This document shows, one piece after another, positions 50,036 through 64,000 of a stretch of 64,000 nt of DNA (position 1 is the first letter of the stretch; each line of letters opens with the position of its first letter). The stretch lies in the NCBI GenBank assembly GCA_026770705.1, contig JANJGN010000052.1, positions 2,728,001 to 2,792,000 of the forward strand, read 5' to 3'. The stretch comes from Isurus oxyrinchus (taxonomy: Eukaryota). The notes beneath the pieces are model-generated. The model made no database searches. It was not told the origin of the DNA and saw only the letters and a list, made by a program, of their open reading frames with translations. The translations under genes were made by a program, and so were the position numbers.

Positions 50036-50930
50036 TGGTACGAAAGTATAATAATTTGCTTAATATTTTCCTGGTTTGTTGTAAACTAGGTTTATGGGTG
50101 TGAGTGTAGATGGGTCTGTCTGTGTAGTTTAATTACATCTGGAGACAGGTAGACTGCAAGTTTGAGATTATCAAAAGAAGCTAGGTGTAGAAATGTACTT
50201 GAAATGCTAATGAGAACACATGGAGGCTGCCTTAGCATGTAAGGTGTGAAGGGGCTGTTTAGATTTCAAAGGGATGTTGGTCTGTTTAGGACAAGCCCAA
50301 TAAGCAAAGCTAAGGAGTTTTTTTTTAATTTTACCCAAACTTCATTGACAATATTGGCAACATGAAAGTTTATATTATGGGAAAGGTACAGTTCCAAAGA
50401 ATTTACACATCAAAGAGAGAGAAACATGTATAAAGGAGAATGAAAGGCTATGTTGGGGGCCATGTAAGATCTAACAGGAGTGTGTGAAACAGGCTTGAAG
50501 AAGCCTCCAAGCATTTGTGCATTAGTCTGTTATGTTCAGTAAATAAAGTTGGAGAAATCCATTTAGAATTCCAGTGTCAAGTGTGTGCTGTGTTAACTCG
50601 CTGGGTTTGTTTTTAATCTAAAATCTTATTTTGGACTGTTGCCTTAAACAGGCTCTGTAACTGGGAGTCAGGTTAATTAGGAATTTGAGAATATATTTTA
50701 GCTGTAACTAACCGTGGTATTATGTCTGTGCTTGAAATCTTTTATTTTGTTAATAAATATCTTAATTGAATTTTTAAAATCTCTAAAGGTTGTGGTCAAC
50801 TCATTACTCCTGAATTCAGTGCACGCTTCTTGTAATAAATACAAATTGCAAAACTATTGTGATAGCGTGACCAATTTTCCCTTGTGGATTTGGAGCACCA
50901 AGTACACATCATCTGCCATGTCATGTCACA
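50036..50930 (+). mobile_element. Solo LTR inserted in a LINE
   Basis: TG...CA ends, GGGG/GGGA flanks. LINE sequence is continuous across the insertion. Internal AATAAA. Confidence 0.7.
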
Positions 50931-53664
50931 GGGAAAACTCTCCACTCGTTGGATTCATACCAAGTACAAAGGAAGGTGGTTGTGGTTGTTGGAGGTCAGT
51001 CATCTCAGTTCCAGGACATCACTGCAGGAGTTGCTCAGTGTAGTGTCCTAGGCCCAACCATCTTCAGCTGCTTCATCAATGACATTCATTCTATCAGATG
51101 GTCAGAATTATGGAAGGTCGCTGATGATTGCACAACGTTCAACATCATTCATGACTCATCAGATGCTGAAGCAGTCCATGTCCAAATGCAGCAAGACCTG
51201 GACAATATCCAGGCTTGGCCTGACAAGTGGCAAGTAACATTCATGCCACACAAGTGCCAGGCAATGACCATTTCCAACCAGAGAGAATATATCCATCTCC
51301 CCTTAATGTCCAATAGCATCACCATTGCTGAATCCCACACTATCAACACTCTGGGGGTTACCAATGACTAGAAACTGAACTGTACTAGCCATATAAACAC
51401 TGTGACTATAAGAGCAGACCAGAGCCTGGGAATCCTGTGGTGAGTAACTCACCTCCTGACTCCCCAAAGCCTGTCCACCAACCTCAAGGCACAGGTCAGA
51501 AGTGATGGAATACTCTCCACTTTCCTAGATGAGTGCAGCTCCAACAACACTCAAGAAGCTCGACACCGTCCAGGACAAAGCAGCCCCGTTTGATTTGCGC
51601 CCCGTCCACAAACATTCTCTCCCTCTACAACTGACGCACAGTGGCAGCAGTGTGTGTACCATCTACAAGATGCAATGCAGGGAGTCACCAAGCCTCCTTA
51701 GACAGCACCTTCCAAACACATGATCACTAACATCTAGAAGGACAAGGGCAGCAGACACATGGGAACACCACCACCTGGAAGTTCCCCTCCAAGTCACTCA
51801 CCATCCTGACTTGGAAATATATCACCGTTCCTTCACTGTCGCTGGGTCAGAATCCTGCAACACCCTCCCAAACAGTTCTGTGGGTGTACATACACCACAG
51901 GGACTGCAGCAGCTCAAGAAGACAGCTCACCCCCATATTCTCAAGGACAATTAGGGATGGGCAATAAATTCTGGCCTAGCCAGTGACAGTGAATGAATAC
52001 AAAAAAGAAGCAATTAAAATGCCCTGACATTTCTGTACAGTTTTATCAAATTAAATACGTACTCTAGTGAATAATTTCATTCTCCAAGGCACCACTTCCT
52101 GTTGTCACATGTCCTTCTGATTATTTAAATTCCTGTGTCATTGGTAATGGAACATTCCCATGTAAACATGTCACACTGTAATTACAGCCTCCTGCCAGTG
52201 GTGGTGCTTTAGTGTCCTAGTTTTGCTTCTCAGAGACTGGACGAGCTGGAAACGTTGTGTTTACAATATAAGTAACACTCAGGAGTGACCAGGGGGATTC
52301 TTTTGGCCAAGTTTACGATGTTGCTAAGATACAATGGCCCCGTAGGATTTTTCCTACTGCGTTTACAAGGTTGAATTGAAGAGATTTTTGAAGTGTCTGG
52401 CACAGTTTTATTAAGGTCCCCTCACATCCAATCTGGAGTCACTGAGTTCAGTTCTGGGTCCAGCAGCTTAGGAAGGATATATTGTCCTCGGAGGGGGTGC
52501 TGTGCAGAGTCACCAGAACGATCCCGGGGCTGAAAGGGTTAAATCCCGAGGACAGGTTGCACAGACCAGGCTTGTGTTCCCTCGAGTCTCGAAGATTAAG
52601 GGGTGATCGAATCGAGGGGTTTAAGATGAGCCGTCTCTGTGACCTGCTTCAACCCTGTTGGTCAGCAATGACAACATGAGTTGATGTTAGCCTGATATGT
52701 AGTGCATGGAGGGATATTACTCTCCAGGGTGTGTGTGCATCACAGTGCTCATTCACATGTGTTCCATGTGCACCTACATCAGCTGTGTAGACATACAAGC
52801 CTCAATACTGCATCCGGGGAATGTACCATGTCTCACACCTTAGCTGCAGCACGACCCTTCCCTTGGAGCTCTGTGTGCTCGAGACATATTTTGTTATTTT
52901 TTCCTGCCGTCTCTGTGTCCCCCGACCCGGGAGTGAAAATCCGGCCTTAACTTCCACTTTCTAGTGTCTGAGACAAGAGGCAATGAGTGAGTGGGCTGAC
53001 GGTCAGGATTAATGCTGTTAATCTGTGTTTGAGGGGCTGTGAATTCTCGGGGGACTAGTTACTCTCTGAGCAGCAGCTTCCAAATCCTTATTTGATGCCG
53101 TGCATATGGGGTTGGAAGATTTTTTTTTAAAACCACAGGCAGTTCACAGAAACCCACAGGAAACCCACAGAGAGACAGTCACTGAGAAAGTCACTCACTC
53201 CTTGTGGTTTCACCTTTTAACCACATCCTGTCTGTGTGGCTTAAATGTTAAACACAGTGGCCAGACTCAAGGAGGTTTCACTCTGTNNNNNNNNNNNNNN
53301 NNNNNNNNNNNNNNNNNNNNNNNNNNNNNNNNNNNNNNNNNNNNNNNNNNNNNNNNNNNNNNNNNNNNNNNNNNNNNNNNNNNNNNNNNNNNNNNNNNNN
53401 NNNNNNNNNNNNNNNNNNNNNNNNNNNNNNNNNNNNNNNNNNNNNNNNNNNNNNNNNNNNNNNNNNNNNNNNNNNNNNNNNNNNNNNNNNNNNNNNNNNN
53501 NNNNNNNNNNNNNNNNNNNNNNNNNNNNNNNNNNNNCAGACAGACACAAACACACACATTCACACACACACACACATTCACTCACACACACACATTCACT
53601 CACACACTCACTCACACACACAAACACACACACAAAGACAATATCCCAATGACAACAAACTGCG

Positions 53665-55840
53665 ATTAAGAGCTTCCTACAACTTAACTAAGAGACCAAA
53701 GACATATTGAACTGTCTAAAAGCGACCTGTTTTTCAAAGAAATACAAGATTGTACACAGATCAAAAATGGCTGACACAAGTCACCTGATTGCTGATACTG
53801 TGAAGTTGATCACTTCTCTGGAAAGGTTCAAATGAATTGCACTGCAGACCTGTTGCATGGAAGTTCACGCCTGGGGTGTGTCAGGGTCCACTTCAAATAG
53901 AGACACTCTTAAAAGGAAGGCATTAAAATGTAAAGTGCTGGACTTTGATCAGCTGTAGTTCAATCAAAACATTGGGAACTGCTCACCAAGCGGATAATCA
54001 TCAACCATTCAAAACCCCCTGTGGAGGATACAATACCCCCGTCTCCTGTTGATTTATATCTTGAAATGCATCAAAGGTTTCAGAGATGCAAAGATAAAAA
54101 AATGGGAATACTTGGTCTATAACAATGAATGCAAAACATGCTGATCGAATTGACTTCAGGGATATACAGACAGGAGTTTAACAAATGGTTCTGCCAAGCA
54201 GATATAAGAGAAAGGAGGGGAAAAAGAAATATGGCAGTCTTCCACAAACACTGCTGGAAAAGAGCAGAAATGATTTCTCCCTCTCTCTCTCTCTGTCTGA
54301 AGCTAACAGAATGTCTTCAACAATGTGCAAGTCTGAGCCAGATAAAATACAGGAATCTACAGAAAACCAACTAATTTAAAACAGCTTCAAACTTCACAGC
54401 CTACGCTGTAGTACAAGCAAACGACTCTTTTAATTTTTTATTGGACTCTATAATTATNNNNNNNNNNNNNNNNNNNNNNNNNNNNNNNNNNNNNNNNNNN
54501 NNNNNNNNNNNNNNNNNNNNNNNNNNNNNNNNNNNNNNNNNNNNNNNNNNNNNNNNNNNNNNNNNNNNNNNNNNNNNNNNNNNNNNNNNNNNNNNNNNNN
54601 NNNNNNNNNNNNNNNNNNNNNNNNNNNNNNNNNNNNNNNNNNNNNNNNNNNNNNNNNNNNNNNNNNNNNNNNNNNNNNNNNNNNNNNNNNNNNNNNNNNN
54701 NNNNNNNNNNNNNNNNNNNNNNNNNNNNNNNNNNNNNNNNNNNNNNNNNNNNNNNNNNNNATTATTTTTCCTCCAGTTAGGTAACTAATAAACTTACTCT
54801 TTCTTTGACTCCACCATACGTGGTTTAATTGGTTCATTCTTAACAATCAAAGAGACTTGCTTTGGAAATTGCATTTGGGGGAAAATATATTTTAAACCCT
54901 TTTTTTCAACCAACCATAATTACCTCTTAAACATCTTAATCTCATTACTACTGAATTCAAAGCCCACATCTCAAAACATACAAGTTGGAAATTAGTTGTG
55001 ACAGTTGTTTCAAGTTTCCCTCCAGGATTTGAACAGCTCAGCATTTACCATCTGTTATGTCATAACAGAGCTTCCTTCAACTTAACCAACGAGCCAAAAA
55101 CGTATTGAACTGTTTAAAGGAGACCTGTTTTTCAAAAGTACAAGATTAGGCATTGATCAAAAATGGCTGTCACGAGTCACCTGATTGCTGATACTGCAAA
55201 CTTGATCACTTCTCTGGAAAGCTTCAAATGAATTGCACTACAGACATGTTGCATGAAAGTTCTCACTGAGGTGTGTCAGGGTCCACTTGAAACAGGGGCT
55301 CCATTAAAAATGCAAAGCGCTGGACTCTGATCACTGTAGGTCTATCAAGCTAATGGGAACTGCTCACCATGCAGATATTCATCAGTCATTCAAAACCCCT
55401 TGTGGAGGATGAAAAGCCTCCATCTCCTGTTGATTTATATCTTGAAATGCATCAAATGTTTCAGAGATGCAAAGATCAAAAAAGGGATTACTTGGTCTGC
55501 GACAATGAATGCAAGACATGCTGATCGAATTCCCTTTGGGAATATACAGACAGGAGTTTAACAACAGGTTCTGTCAAGCAGATATAAGAGAAAGTAGGAG
55601 GAAAAAGAAAGATGGCAGTCACTCAAAAACACTGCTGGAAAAGAGCAGAAATTCTCTCTCTCTCTCTCTTTCTGAAGCTAACAGAGCATCTTCAACAAAG
55701 TGCAAATCTGAATCAAATCACCACCAGGATGCCACAGGAAACCAATTAACCTTGAACAGCTGCAAACGTCAACAATCTACACCTCAAAGACAAGCAATTG
55801 TATTAATCATATATTCTTTTAAATTTTTATTGGACTCTAA
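53665..55840 (+). repeat. Two diverged ~780-bp direct copies (53665-54457, 55066-55840) of an LTR-like repeat
   Basis: Aligned by eye throughout (GAGCTTCCT.CAACTTAAC...TTGGACTCTA). Confidence 0.75.
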
Positions 55841-56594
55841 NNNNNNNNNNNNNNNNNNNNNNNNNNNNNNNNNNNNNNNNNNNNNNNNNNNNNNNNNNNN
55901 NNNNNNNNNNNNNNNNNNNNNNNNNNNNNNNNNNNNNNNNNNNNNNNNNNNNNNNNNNNNNNNNNNNNNNNNNNNNNNNNNNNGTGAGTGTGTGTCTGTC
56001 TATGTACCCTTGTGAGTGAGTGTGTGTGTGTGTGTACATGTGTGCGTGTGGATTGTTGCATCTTTATTATTAACGTTATTTAAAAATAGTGATCACACAA
56101 GCCTGGTTTCTAAGGAAATGAAACTGCAAACAATTTACAGTAAAGTGAAACGTACAGGAATAATCTATTTATTTTGAGCTGATGATATATAATTATACAT
56201 GAGGCATGTTGCTAATTTCAAATGTCATCTGAAATATGGCAGGTCTGACAGAGCAGCATTCCCTCAGTGCCCACCCTCTGACAGTGCAGCACTCCCTCAG
56301 CATTGACCCTTTGAGAGTGCAGCACTCCTTCAGTATTGACCCTCTGGGAGTGCAGCACTCCCTCAGCACTGACCCTCTGGGAGTGCAGCTCTCCCTCAGT
56401 ACCGACCCTCTGGAAGTGCAGCACTCCCTCAGTGCTAACCCTCCAACAGTGCAGCACTCTCTCAGTACTGACCCTCTGACAGTGCAGCACTCCCTCAGTA
56501 CTGACCCTCCAACAGTGCAGCACTCCCTCACTGGGAAGAGTCCGTCCGCATTTTAAGCTGAAACCTTGAGACGGTCTCAAAATCCCAACCTTCC

Positions 56595-57247
56595 ATCTCA
56601 GAGAGAGAGTGCGTTTATGTGAGAGAGAGAGACAATGTATGTGTGAGAGACTGAGAGTGTGTATGTGTGAGAGAGCAAAAGAGAGGTAGAGTTTGTGTGC
56701 ATGAGAGAGGGAGGTAGCTTGTGTGTGTGAGAGAGAGAGTGTGTGTGAGAGAAAGAGAACGTCTGTGAGAGTGAGAGAGAATTTATGTGTGAGAGAGAAA
56801 GATAGAGAGAATGTACGTGTGAGATAGTGTGTGTGCAAAAGAGAGTGTGTGTCTGTGAGAGAGTGTTTGTGTATGTGAGAGTGTGTGTGTGAGATCATGT
56901 GTGTGTGTGTGTTTGAGAAAGAGGGTGTGTGTGTTTGAGAGAGGGAGTGTGCGAGAAAGAGATGGTGTGAGTGTTTGAGGGAGGGGGAGATTGTGTGTTT
57001 GAGACAGGGAGTGAGAGAGAACATGTGTGTGAGAGAGAGAGTGTGTGTGTATGTGTGTGTGTGAAAGAGAAAGTGTTTGTGCAAAACAGTGTGTGTTTGA
57101 GAGTATGTGTGCATGTGTGAGTGTGTGTGTGTGTGCGCTAATGTTTGTGTCTGTGTGTGTGTGAGGGTTTGTGTGAGTGAGTTTGTGCGTTTGTGTGCGT
57201 GTGTGTGTGCATGTGTGTGCGTGAAAGAGTGTTTGTGCAAAAGAGTG
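56595..57247. repeat. GT/GA low-complexity tract
   Basis: Directly visible. Confidence 0.9.
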
Positions 57248-57894
57248 NNNNNNNNNNNNNNNNNNNNNNNNNNNNNNNNNNNNNNNNNNNNNNNNNNNNN
57301 NNNNNNNNNNNNNNNNNNNNNNNNNNNNNNNNNNNNNNNNNNNNNNNNNNNNNNNNNNNNNNNNNNNNNNNNNNNNNNNNNNNNNNNNNNNNNNNNNNNN
57401 NNNNNNNNNNNNNNNNNNNNNNNNNNNNNNNNNNTCACAGTTTCACACGTTGCTAGGGACCACTTTTCCGCCTCTCTGTCAGACTGTGTGTATCTGACAG
57501 CAGGTCAGGCAGGAATAGTCCAGAATGCGCTGTGGTTTTGTGGCATTGAAACAATGACATGAACTAAATGAGTGCTGCACCAAATAAAGACATGGAGTGA
57601 CCACACCAAAAAACCACGTGACTTCCCCAGTTTCACATCTCCCTCAAACACAGAAAAACTGGGTTAACACTGACCCTCCTCCCAGAGCCAGTTCACCTCG
57701 TGTCCGATGCAGTCAGGAGAGGAAGATCATCTCTCCTCCGATCCTGGTAAACTGAACATTTCCAGAATTAGATCAGCTCCCTGAAGTGTCTCCAGTTAGA
57801 CATTCATCTGACAGGATTGACTCTACAACCCTGGGGACTCATTCTCCTGTAAGTAAAACACTTGCTGCTCCTGTCAAATCTCTTCTGTACAGCA

Positions 57895-58170
57895 TGGTCT
57901 CTGGATGTCCCAGAACACTTTACAGTTGAGTTCACCCTTTTTTCGAAGTGTGGTTACTGTTGTAATGTAGGAAACGCAGCAGCCAATTAGCGCACAGCAA
58001 GCTCCCACAAACAGCAATGTGATCATCTGTTTTTGGTGATGTTGGTTGAGGGATAAATATTGGTCCCAGGACACCGGGGAGATCTCCCCCCTGCTCTTCC
58101 TCCAAATAGTGGCTGTGGGATCTTTCACACCCGCCCGAGAGGGCAGACGGGGGACTCGGTTTAGTGTCTA
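57895..58170 (-). mobile_element. DeuSINE (SacSINE1/AmnSINE-like) 3' part
   Basis: Reverse complement contains AATATTTATCCCTCAACCAACATCAC...TTGCTGTTTGTGGGAGCTTGCTGTGCGC..TTGGCTGC, recognised from memory. Related pieces at 24610-24790, 27450-27600 and 46770-46900. Confidence 0.7.
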
Positions 58171-58744
58171 ATATTGGACTAATCTCCAGGCGAGGTTGGC
58201 TGGATGGATTATTGACAAGGTCCATTCACCCTGTAAAGAGTTTCTCTGGTTTGAAATACCCAATCAAACATCGAGTTCTGTGTCTAAACCTTGTGTTGAA
58301 AAGACACCTTTCCAGCTCTTCACCTGCCATTAGCTTGTTGAGTCTTCACACGCTCCGTCTGTCCGTGACCAACCCCTCTTAGCTCATCCTTTCCTTGTCG
58401 TACATGCTGTTCATCCTGACGGGTTCCCTCCTTCCCAGTAACACTCCATCTCCGACATCAAACTAACTCCCAACACGTTGATGAATTGTATGGATTCCAG
58501 CGTCAGTTGGTTCTGTCTGAGGCTGTTTCTCTGATCGGGGACCGAGCTGTTCTGAATGGACATTGTGTTCAGTACTGATCCTCCGACAGTGCAGCACTCC
58601 CTCAGTACTTACCCTCTGACAGTGCAGCACGCCCTCAGTACTGATCCTCTGACAGTGCAGCACTCCCTCACCACTCCCTCACTGGGGAGAATCAACCTGG
58701 GTTTTGAGCTGAAATCATGAGCAGGTATTAAAACATTCTGTATC

Positions 58745-61700
58745 AGAGAGAGAGAGAGTGTCTGAGAGAGAGAGAGAGACAGAGAGACTGTGTGAGAGAG
58801 AAAAAGAGATAGAGAGTGTGCATGTGTGAGGGAGAGTGTTTGTATATGAGGGAGAGAGTGTGCATGTGAGAGTGTGTGAGAGAGAGTGTGTGGGAGAGAG
58901 AGTGTGTTTGTGACAGAGAGTGTGTGTGTGTGCGAGGGAGAGAAAAAGAGAGACAGCAGAAGATCGAGATGAAGAGAAATGTTAAATGTTTGAGAGAGAG
59001 AGAATGTGTGTGTCTGAGAGAGAGAGTGTGTGTGTGTGAGAGAGAGTGTGTGCTTGACAGAAAGAGAGATTGTGTTAGTTTTAGGGAAAGTGTGTGAGTG
59101 TGTGAGAGAGTGTTTGTGTCTGAGAGAGAGAGAGAATGTATTTGAGGGAGGGAGACAGAGAGAATGTGTGTGTGAGAGAAAGAGAGCAGAAGAGTGCGAT
59201 AGAGAGAGATTGTGAGTGCTGACAGAGAGAATGTGTGTGTGTGAGAGAGAGAGAGAGCAGAAGAGTGCGATAGAGAGAGATTGTGTTTGTTAGAGAGAGA
59301 ATGTGTGTGTGTGAGAGAGAGAGATAGAGCAGAGGAGTGTGATAGAGAGAGATTGTGAGTGTTAGAGAGAGAATGTGTGTGTCATAGAGAGAGAGATAGA
59401 GCACAGGAGTGTGATAGAGAGAGATTGTGAGTGTTAGAGAGAGAATGTGTGTTTGTGAGAGAGAGAGAGAGCAGAAGAGTGCGATAGAGAGAGATTGTGT
59501 TTGTGAGAGAGAGAGAGAGCAGTAGAGTGCGATAGAGAGAGATTGTGAGTGTTAGAGAGAGAATGTGTGTGTGTGTGAGACAGAGATAGAGCAGAAGAGT
59601 GAGATAGAGAGAGATTGTTTTTGTTAGAGAGAGAAGGTGTGTGTGTGTGAGAGAGATAGAGCAGAGGAGTGTATTAGAGAGAGATTGTGAGTGTTAGAGA
59701 GAGAATGTGTGTGTGTGAGAGAGAGAGATAGAGCAGAAGAGTGTGATAGAGAGAGATTGTGAGTGTTAGAGAGAGAATGTTTGTGTGTGAGAGAGAGAGA
59801 TAGAGCAGAAGAGTGTGATAGAGAGAGATTGTGAGTGTTAGAGAGAGAATGTTTGTGTGTGTGAGAGAGAGAGATAGAGCAGAAGAGTGCGATAGAGAGA
59901 GATTGGGAGTGTTAGAGAGAGAATGTGTGTGTGTGAGAGAGAGAGAGATAGAGCAGAAGAGTGCGATAGAGAGAGATTGTGAGTGTTAGAGAGAGAATGT
60001 GTGCGTGTGAGAGAGAGAGATAGAGCAGAGGAGTGTGATAGAGAGAGATTGTGAGTGTTAGAGAGAGAATGTGTGTGTGTGTGAGAGATAGAGCAGAAGA
60101 GTGTGTTAGAGAGAGATTGTGAGTGTTAGAGAGAGAATGTGTGTGTGAGAGAGAGAGATAGAGCAGAAGAGTGCGATAGAGAGAGATTGTGAGTGTTAGA
60201 GAGAGAATGTGTGTGTGTGAGAGAGAGAGATAGAGCAGAAGAGTGCGATAGAGAGAGATTGTGAGTGTTAGAGAGAGAGAGAGAGCAGTAGAGTGCGATA
60301 GAGAGAGATTGTGTTTGTTAGAGAGAGGTGTGTGTGTGAGAGAGAGAGAGATAGAGCAGAAGAGTGCGAAAGAGAGAGATTGTGAGTGTTAGAGAGAGAA
60401 TGTGTGTGTGTGAGAGAGAGAGAGAGCACAACAGTGTGATAGAGATTTTGAGTGTTAGAGAGAGAATCTGTGTTTGTGTGAGAGAGAGAGAGCAGAAGAG
60501 TGTGATAGAGAAGATTGTGAGCTTTAGAGAGAGAATGTGTGTGTGTGAGAGAGAGAGAGAGACAGAGCAGAAGAGTGCGATAGAGAGAGATTGTGAGTGT
60601 TAGAGCGAGAATGTGTGTGTGAGAGAGAGAGATAGAGCAGAAGAGTGTGATAGAGAGAGATTGTGAGTGTTAGAGAGAGAATGTGTGTGTGTGAGAGAGA
60701 GAGATAGAGCAGAAGAGTGCGATAGAGAGAGATTGTGTTTGTGAGAGAGAGAGAGAGAGCAGTAGAGTGCGATAGAGAGAGATTGTGTTTGTTAGAGAGA
60801 GAATGTGTGTGTGAGAGAGAGAGATAGAGCAGAAGAGTGCAATAGAGAGAGATTGTGAGTGTTAGAGAGAGAATGTGTGTGTGTGAGAGAGAGATAGAGC
60901 AGAAGAGTGTGATAGAGAGAGATTGTGAGTGTTACAGAGAGAATGTGTGTGTGTGAGAGAGAGATAGAGCAGAAGAGTGTGATAGAGAGAGATTGTGAGT
61001 GTTAGAGAGAGAATGTGTGTGTGTGAGAGAGAGAGAGATAGAGCAGAAGAGTATGATAGAGAGAGATTGTGAGTGTTAGAGAGAGAATGTGTGTGTGTGA
61101 GAGAGAGAGAGAGAGCAGAAGAGTGTGATAGAGAGAGATTGTGAGTGTTAGAGAGAGAATGTGTGTGTGTGTGTGAGAGAGAGAGAGATCGAGCAGAAGA
61201 GTGTGATAGAGAGAGATTGTGAGTGTTAGAGAGAGAATGTGTGTGTGTGAGAGAGAGAGATAGAGCAGAAGAGTGTGATAGAGAGAGATTGTGAGTGTTA
61301 GAGAGAGAATGTGTGTGTGTGAGAGAGAGATAGAGCAGAAGAGTGCGATAGAGAGAGATTGTGAGTGTTAGAGAGAGAATGTGTGTGTGTGAGAGAGAGA
61401 GATAGAGCAGAAGAGTGCGATAGAGAGAGATTGTGAGTGTTAGAGAGAGAATGTGTGTGTGTGTGAGAGAGAGAGATAGAGCAGAAGAGTGTGATAGAGA
61501 TTGTGAGTGTTAGAGAGAGAATGTGTGTGTGTGTGAGAGAGAGATAGAGCACAGGAGTGTGATAGAGATTGTGAGTGTTAGAGAGAGAATGTGTGTGTGT
61601 GTGTGTGAGAGAGAGAGATAGAGCAGAAGAGTGTGATAGAGAGAGATTGTGAGTGTTAGAGAGAGAATGTGTGTGTGTGAGAGAGATAGAGCAGAAGAGT

Positions 61701-62549
61701 GTGATAGAGAGAGATTTTGAGTGTTAGAGAGAGAATTTGTGTGTGTGAGAGAAAGAGAGAGAGAGAGAGCAGAAGAGTGTGATAGAGAGAGATTGTGAGT
61801 GTTAGAAAGAGAATGTGTGTGTGATAGAGAGAGAGAGCAGTAGAGTGTGATAGAGAGAGATTGTGTTTGTTAGAGAGAGAAGGTGTGTGTGTGAGAGAGA
61901 GAGAGAGATAGAGCAGAAGAGTGTGATAGAGAGAGATTGTGAGTGTTAGAGAGAGAATGTGTGTGTGTGAGAGAGAGAGAGAGCAGAAGAGTGCGATAGA
62001 GAGAGATTGTGTTTCTGAGAGAGAGAGAGAGAGCAGTAGAGTGCGATAGAGAGAGATTGTAAATGTTAGAGAGAAAATGTGTGTGTGAGAGAGAGAGATA
62101 GAGCAGAAGAGTGTGATAGAGAGAGATTGTGAGTGTTAGAGAGAGAATGTGTGTGTGTGAGAGAGAGAGATAGAGCAGAAGAGTGCGATAGAGAGAGATT
62201 GTGTTTGTGAGAGAGAGAGAGAGAGCAGTAGAGTGCGATAGAGATTGTGTTTGTTAGAGAGAGAATGTGTGTGTGAGAGAGAGAGATAGAGCAGAAGAGT
62301 GCGATAGAGAGAGATTGTGAGTGTTAGAGAGAGAATGTGTGTGTGTGAGAGAGAGATAGAGCAGAAGAGTGTGATAGAGAGAGATTGTGAGTGTTACAGA
62401 GGGAATGTGTGTGTGTGAGAGAGAGATAGAGCAGAAGAGTGTGATAGAGAGAGATTGTGAGTGTTAGAGAGAGAATGTGTGTGTGTGAGAGAGAGAGAGA
62501 TAGAGCAGAAGAGTGTGATAGAGAGAGATTGTGAGTGTTAGAGAGAGAA

Positions 62550-62581
<32 letters not shown>

Positions 62582-64000
62582 CAGAAGAGTGTGATAGAGA
62601 GAGATTGTGAGTGTTAGAGAGAGAATGTGTGTGTGTGAGAGAAAGAGAGATAGAGCAGAAGAGTGTGATAGAGAGAGATTGTGAGTGTTAGAGAGAGAAT
62701 GTGTGTGTGTGTGAGAGAGAGAGAGATAGAGCAGAAGAGTGTGATAGAGAGAGATTGTGAGTGTTAGAGAGAGAATGTGTGTGTGAGAGAGAGAGATAGA
62801 GCAGAAGAGTGTGATAGAGAGAGATTGTGTTTGTGAGAGAGAGAGAGAGAGAGCAGTAGAGTGCGATAGAGAGAGACTGTGTTTGTTAGAGAGAGAATGT
62901 GTGCGTGAGAGAGAGAGATAGAGCAGAAGAGTGCGATAGAGAGAGATTGTGAGTGTTAGAGAGAGAATGTGTGTGTGTGAGAGAGAGATAGAGCAGAAGA
63001 GTGTGATAGAGAGAGATTGTGAGTGTTACAGAGAGAATGTGTGTGTGTGAGAGAGAGATAGAGCAGAAGAGTGTGATAGAGAGAGATTGTGAGTGTTAGA
63101 GAGAGAATGTGTGTGTGAGAGAGAGAGAGAGATAGAGCAGAATAGTGTGATAGAGAGAGATTGTGAGTGTTAGAGAGAAAATGTGTGTGTGTGTGAGAGA
63201 GAGAGATAGAGCAGAGGAGTGTGATAGAGAGAGATTGTGAGTGTTAGAGAGAGAATGTGTGTGTGTGAGAGAGAGAGATAGAGCAGAAGAGTGTGATAGA
63301 GAGAGATTGTGAGTATTAGAGAGAGAATGTGTGTGTGTGTGTGAGAGAGATAGAGCAGAAGAGTGTGATAGAGAGAGATTGTGAGTGTTAGAGAGAGAAT
63401 GTGTGTGTGATAGAGAGAGAGATAGAGCACAGGAGTGTGATAGAGAGAGATTGTGAGTGTTAGAGAGAGAATGTGTGTGTGTGAGAGAGAGAGATAGAGC
63501 AGAAGAGTGCGATAGAGAGAGATTGTGAGTGTTAGAGAGAGAATGTGTGTGTGTGAGAGAGATAGAGCAGAAGAGTGTGATAGAGAGAGATTGTGAGTGT
63601 TAGAGAGAGAATGTGTGTGTGAGAGAGAGAGAGATAGAGCAGTAGAGTGCGATAGAGAGAGATTGTGAGTGTTCGAGAGAAAATGTATGTGTGTGCGAGA
63701 GAGAGATCGAGCAGAAGAGTGTGATAGAGAGAGATTGTGTTTGTTAGAGAGAGAATGTGTGTGTGAGAGAGAGAGAGAGAGCAGTAGAGTGCGATAGAGA
63801 CAGATTGTGAGTGTTAGAGAGAGATTGTGTGTGTGTGTGAGAGAGAGATAGAGCAGAAGAGTGTGATAGAGAGAGATTGTGAGTGTTAGAGAGAGAATGT
63901 GTGTGTGTGTGAGGGAGAGATAGAGCAGAAGAGTGTGATAGAGAGAGATTGTGAGTGTTAGAGAGAGAATGTGTGTGTGTGTGAGAGAGAGATAGAGCAG
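58745..64000. repeat. ~60-66-bp compound GA/GT satellite (GATAGAGCAGAAGAGTGTGATAGAGAGAGATTGTGAGTGTTAGAGAGAGAATGTGTGTGTGTGAGAGAGA)n
   Basis: More than 70 tandem units with variable (GT)n and (GA)n lengths, running to the window end. Confidence 0.97.

Overview
Eukaryotic, repeat-rich vertebrate DNA, very probably a cartilaginous fish (inferred from CR1, L2 and DeuSINE-type repeats). The core is a Siglec-like (CD33/CD22/MAG family) receptor cluster, reconstructed by hand from GT-AG sites and exon phases. Gene A (+, ~7.5-33.6 kb): leader-V1-C2-C2-V2-V3-TM, then two duplicated cytoplasmic tails. Gene B (+, ~38.3-49.7 kb): leader-V4-V5-C2-C2-TM-tail, 594 aa, ITIM plus ITSM. A third paralog starts on the minus strand at ~0.7-0.85 kb. 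An orphan minus-strand terminal exon with two Tyr motifs lies at 3050-3166. Notable points: tandem V-V modules whose second V has gained a B-C loop Cys; a swapped divergent B-C/C-C' patch in V2; loss of the sialic-acid-binding Arg in V1; mosaic V exons; alternative tails with a broken ITIM. The rest is LINE/LTR/SINE debris, TE-derived minisatellites, N runs and a >5 kb GA/GT compound satellite. Splicing models are predictions, and repeat family names come from recognition, not database searches.
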